Assembly: GCF_006345805.1 (NCBI RefSeq)
Contig: NW_021826819.1
Span: 1 to 12,048, forward strand
Source: Octopus sinensis
Lineage: Eukaryota
Length of the DNA: 12,048 nucleotides
Direction: 5' to 3'
The position numbers were made by a program, and so were the translations under genes. The notes beneath the pieces are model-generated. The model saw only the letters and a list, made by a program, of their open reading frames with translations, was not told the origin of the DNA and searched no databases. Positions 8,690 to 12,048 of this stretch are shown piece after piece (positions within the stretch are counted from its first letter, which is position 1; each line of letters opens with the position of its first letter).

Positions 8690-9071
8690 AGCTCAAGTTG
8701 GAACAGATATTTACACGAGGCATACCCAATCTGCCAAGTCAATATCTGACCTAAAATTTTCAAATCGTCGCACTCGCACCAAATTTATCGGCAGCAAATA
8801 AATATCAGCCGTCGATTCCATTACGGAATTAACCAAAAATTCATATTTAATCCATAATAGGGTGGCAAGGAAATTTTTGTAGAATTTTATTGCCACCAGC
8901 GGCCCAGTGGGAAAAATTAAATAGTCATAGACCATTTTTAAGTTCAACAGTAACAATTAAGGAACGGCCATAATAGGCCATTCACCCACTAGAAATAACA
9001 GCCAAAGCTTCTACCGCAAATAAAGATTAATTCCGTAAACAGGAGAAAATTAAAAAAACATTTACCCTGTA

Positions 9072-9178
9072 ATTTCTTGTACGGTATACCGTTTCATCCG
9101 CTGTTTAATGGTAAACTAACATGATTAAATTAAATCAAGCCAATCTTCCATAAGCCCTCGGATTCTTCAGCAAGAAAT
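9072..9178 (-). ncRNA. Type I hammerhead ribozyme (family D, copy 2), apparently intact
   Basis: AUUUCUUG-CUGAAGA-AUCCG-(58 nt)-CGGAU-GAAACGGUAUACCGUA-CAAGAAAU. Stem I is 8 bp, stem II is 5 bp and stem III is a perfect 12-nt palindrome. Predicted cleavage is after GUA, between 9080 and 9079. Confidence 0.87.
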
Positions 9179-9610
9179 AGCTCAAGTTGGAACAGATATT
9201 TACACGAGGCATACCCAATCTTGCCAAGTCAATATCTATATGTATATATGTATATATGTATGTATGTATGTATGTTTATATGTATGTGTATGCACCTATT
9301 TATATGTATATATGTGTATATATACAGACAAGGGAAACACAAACACACAAACACACACATAACAATACACAACAGAAGGAACTCGATATGAAAGGTAAAA
9401 CAACACCAGGGACCCCTCTTGGGGGATCCAACATTATGTCTCACTTCCTGTTCCCGTTACCAACAATAGCTATGGAGCACTACATGAACATGCATGTGCA
9501 TGTACGCATACACAAACACACATACACACACTCATCTGTGTGCATGCATGTAGCATTTGTACACATATAAGTATATTTGTGAATGTGAGGGTATATATGT
9601 AGGAGTATGA

Positions 9611-9651
<41 letters not shown>

Positions 9652-9675
9652 TGTGTGTGTATGTGTGTGTGGATA

Positions 9676-9838
9676 GTCACAGGCATGGCTGTGTTGTAAG
9701 AAGCTTGCTTCCTAACCACACAGTTCCAGGTTCAGTCCCACCGCATGGGACCCTGGGCAAGTGTCTTCTATTATAGTCTCAGGCTGACCAAAGCCCTGTG
9801 AGTGGATTTGGTTGGCAGACACTGAAAGAAGCATGTTA

Positions 9839-9883
<45 letters not shown>

Positions 9884-9980
9884 AGTACTAGGCTTACAAA
9901 GAATAAGTCCTGGAGTTGATTTGCTCGACTAAAGGCAGTGCTCCAGCATGGCCACAGTCACATGACCGAAACAAGTAAAT
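9676..9980 (+). mobile_element. tRNA-derived SINE with an internal deletion
   Basis: The head, B-box GGTTCAGTCCC, CORE-like region and 3' end are present. The ~95 bp after the (GT)n run seen in the 5164 copy are missing. Confidence 0.9.
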
Positions 9981-10072
9981 ATATATATATATATATATAT
10001 AATAACGAAATAATAAATAAAACACATGCATATATACATACATATATGTACTTACCTACATGTATATGTATA

Positions 10073-10665
10073 TATGACGCCAAAAGAATGTCGAACACAA
10101 TGAGATACGAAAACATAAAAACAGAACAATGGAAAAGGACATTTTTTTAAACAACGAAAAAACAGGGTACAAGACATACAACACAAAGAAAATTCCCCTT
10201 CTGCAGCCACCTCCATTTCGTCTACTCCACATTTCGAAGGTAAAGGCGAGACATGACTTCGGCGAAATGGTCCTTCCCGCAAAGCAAATATATATATATA
10301 AAATTTAAATAATGAGGGTGATAAATTGAATATTAATTCAATTAACATCAATTTAAAACCAGTAGCCTAGCATATAGAAAAACTGAAAATTCAGAAAAAT
10401 TGTAATACATGCGTATAAGAAGAGATAACCACTAAGTGGACATCCAGTATGTTAAAAGAAGATCACCTACGATCTAACCACACAGAAAAGAATGTTCTCT
10501 AGAGAAATTCAGCAAACACCAGAACATAGGCGGGCAAGACATGAAAATATACAAAATTAAAGAATTAATTGTAGACTGATTTCGTCATTAACGATTTTAC
10601 TTACGTAACATCATATGTGGACTCTTCAGTACGATCGTTCCAATTCAATATAATTTGGAGAACTA
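10073..10665 (-). mobile_element. Probable HHR-bearing interspersed repeat (Penelope pLTR-like)
   Basis: Non-coding segment between a TA microsatellite and the repeat near 10670, containing HHR family E. Boundaries are approximate. Confidence 0.5.
10567..10636 (-). ncRNA. Type I hammerhead ribozyme (family E), minimal stem III
   Basis: GAUCGUA-CUGAAGA-GUC...GAC-GAAAUCAGUC-UACAAUU. Stem I has 6/7 pairs and stem II has the canonical G-C closing pair, extended by a 10-bp helix with a GUAA tetraloop. The triplet is GUC. Confidence 0.75.
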
Positions 10666-10682
10666 TATACGGGTTGTCCTCA

Positions 10683-10768
10683 TAAAATTAGATGTGTGTG
10701 TAGTTCTACCGATTACATTGGGGTTATTTTCATGTAATCAGTAGAACTACAAACCCACGTTTATTTTA
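10683..10768. repeat. Inverted repeat hairpin
   Basis: 10699-10718 pairs with 10732-10751 (19/20) around a 13-nt loop, with a degenerate outer extension. Confidence 0.8.
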
Positions 10769-10941
10769 TTATATCACCATTATGTTGGTTGCGCCAGGGT
10801 TGGTAGTTTTGCAAGACTTATTCGTCTATGCTCCAAACCAGAAAACATTGAACGTTGTTTACCCAGAAGCTCTTACATAATTTCCTTCAACATGTGGTAG
10901 AATTTATCCCCTTTCATAAAAGTGGTAAATTTTGTATTTTC

Positions 10942-10943
<2 letters not shown>

Positions 10944-10995
<52 letters not shown>
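10944..10995. repeat. (TTA)n microsatellite
   Basis: Read directly from the sequence. Confidence 0.97.
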
Positions 10996-11104
10996 CATTT
11001 TGTATTATGAATTCAGAATTGATTTCCTAATTAAAGAATAAATTGTATCCCAATTGAAGAATAAATTTAATTTAGAATAACAAATTTATATATAGCATAT
11101 ATAT

Positions 11105-11345
11105 ATGTACTTGCATAGCATATGTACTTGCATAGATGTACTTGCATAGCAAGTGACCTGATCTGAGATCGTGTGCTGGAACGAAAACAATTGCAACATG
11201 GAAGGTGTTTATAAGCCATTTAAGAAACACACAAAAACCGTTAGATTCACGAAAATATTTTGACAAATTAAATTTAAATTTTGAAGTGAATCTAACGGTT
11301 TTTGTGTATTTCTTAAATGGCTTATAAACACCTTCCATGCTGCAA
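11105..11345. mobile_element. Fold-back repeat: 60-bp inverted arms and a triplicated 14-mer at the left end
   Basis: 11191-11250 vs 11286-11345 match 58/60 as reverse complements, with a 35-nt spacer. ATGTACTTGCATAG occurs at 11105, 11122 and 11136. Confidence 0.8.
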
Positions 11346-11430
11346 ATATTTTGCTTTTTTCTTCCAATATGTGAGGAGAAATTTAATTCCTGGACAATGC
11401 CGGGTGCCTCTGCTAGTATGTGTGCATGTG

Positions 11431-11469
<39 letters not shown>

Positions 11470-11474
<5 letters not shown>

Positions 11475-11657
11475 ACTTGTTTTAGTCATTACACTGCAGC
11501 CATGCTGGGGCACCGCCTTGAAGAACTTTAGTCGGACGAATTGACACCCAGTACTTATTCTGTCGGTCTCCTTTGCCGAACTGCTATGTTACGGGGACAT
11601 AAACACACCAACACAAGTTGTCAAGCGGTACTGGACTACAAAGACAAATACACACAC

Positions 11658-11690
<33 letters not shown>
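11470..11690 (-). mobile_element. 3' half of the tRNA-derived SINE
   Basis: TTTTACTTGTTTTAGTCATT...GCCATGCTGGGGCACCGCC...AGTACTTATTC...TTTGCCGAACTGCT is the reverse complement of 5390-5570. Confidence 0.88.
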
Positions 11691-11694
<4 letters not shown>

Positions 11695-11738
11695 ACACCA
11701 CACACACACCATGCGCAACAGAGAGATTGAGAGATTAC

Positions 11739-11822
11739 CAGGATGGGTTATAGGGCATTTTGAGCTCCGAATCGTAACACTTTTTTCTTTCCCCCGTCAC
11801 TGCTGTTGTCGTGCTTTTAATT
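11739..11822 (-). CDS. Candidate 84-nt internal exon, product unknown
   Basis: Minus strand: TTCTTCAGCGTTTTTCAATTGCAG|exon|GTAATC. One frame is open (IKSTTTAVTGERKKCYDSELKMPYNPS) and the exon is symmetric phase 2-2. The sequence is non-repetitive and retains CpG. No homologue recognised. Confidence 0.35.
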
Positions 11823-12048
11823 CTGCAATTGAAAAACGCTGAAGAATTTGATACTGAGTCAGTTATAAAGCATACGGTAACAAACAAACACGCGCACGCG
11901 CACGCACACACGGCCATGTGTGTGTGTATACATAAATTTCTATCTATATATATATATAATATACTCACACACGCATCCATGCACACATGTGTTTGTGTTC
12001 GTATTAAACTTACCGAATGGCATTTGTTAAATGAAGTGTGTAAACCAT

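Larger units (their letters stand above)
8376..9237 (-). mobile_element. Direct tandem repeat (~1.8 units, period ~481-490 bp) with one HHR per unit; retrozyme or Penelope pLTR-like
   Basis: 8376-8747 is repeated at 8857-9237 around a unique 109-bp segment (8748-8856). Both outer ends abut TA-rich microsatellite. Confidence 0.85.

Noticed and set aside
8376-9237. 81-aa ORF 8711-8956 as the element's protein, or the repeat as a CRISPR-like array
   Set aside because: No RT, GIY-YIG or other motif, the frame is not preserved in the other copy, and there is no repeat-spacer periodicity.
10195-10240. Permuted (type II) hammerhead on the minus strand: GAAAUGUGGAGUA...CUGCAGA
   Set aside because: The core is non-canonical (CUGCAGA) and no stem I or stem III pairing forms.
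11839-11890. CTGAAGA on the plus strand as an eighth hammerhead
   Set aside because: No downstream GAAA/GUH and no closing stem I.

Overview
AT-rich, microsatellite-dense animal genomic DNA with no recognisable intact gene. The SINE families look like those of Octopus; that assignment comes from recalled repeat sequences, not a search. The window holds tRNA-derived SINEs (two near-complete, several partial), a LINE 3' remnant, several fold-back/MITE-like inverted repeats and a decayed, duplicated coding relic. The main result is seven type I hammerhead ribozyme (HHR)-like motifs from five unrelated sequence families, at 1975-2064(-), 4108-4179(+), 4441-4511(-), 5882-5990(+), 8585-8689(-), 9072-9178(-) and 10567-10636(-). 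All follow the order stem I / CUGANGA / stem II / GAAA / short, often palindromic stem III / GUH / stem I. The 9072-9178 motif looks intact and lies in a ~0.49-kb direct tandem repeat, the layout of retrozymes and Penelope-like pseudo-LTRs. One possible 84-nt exon lies on the minus strand at 11739-11822. Most ORFs in the supplied track are microsatellite or SINE artefacts. All structures were folded and aligned by hand.
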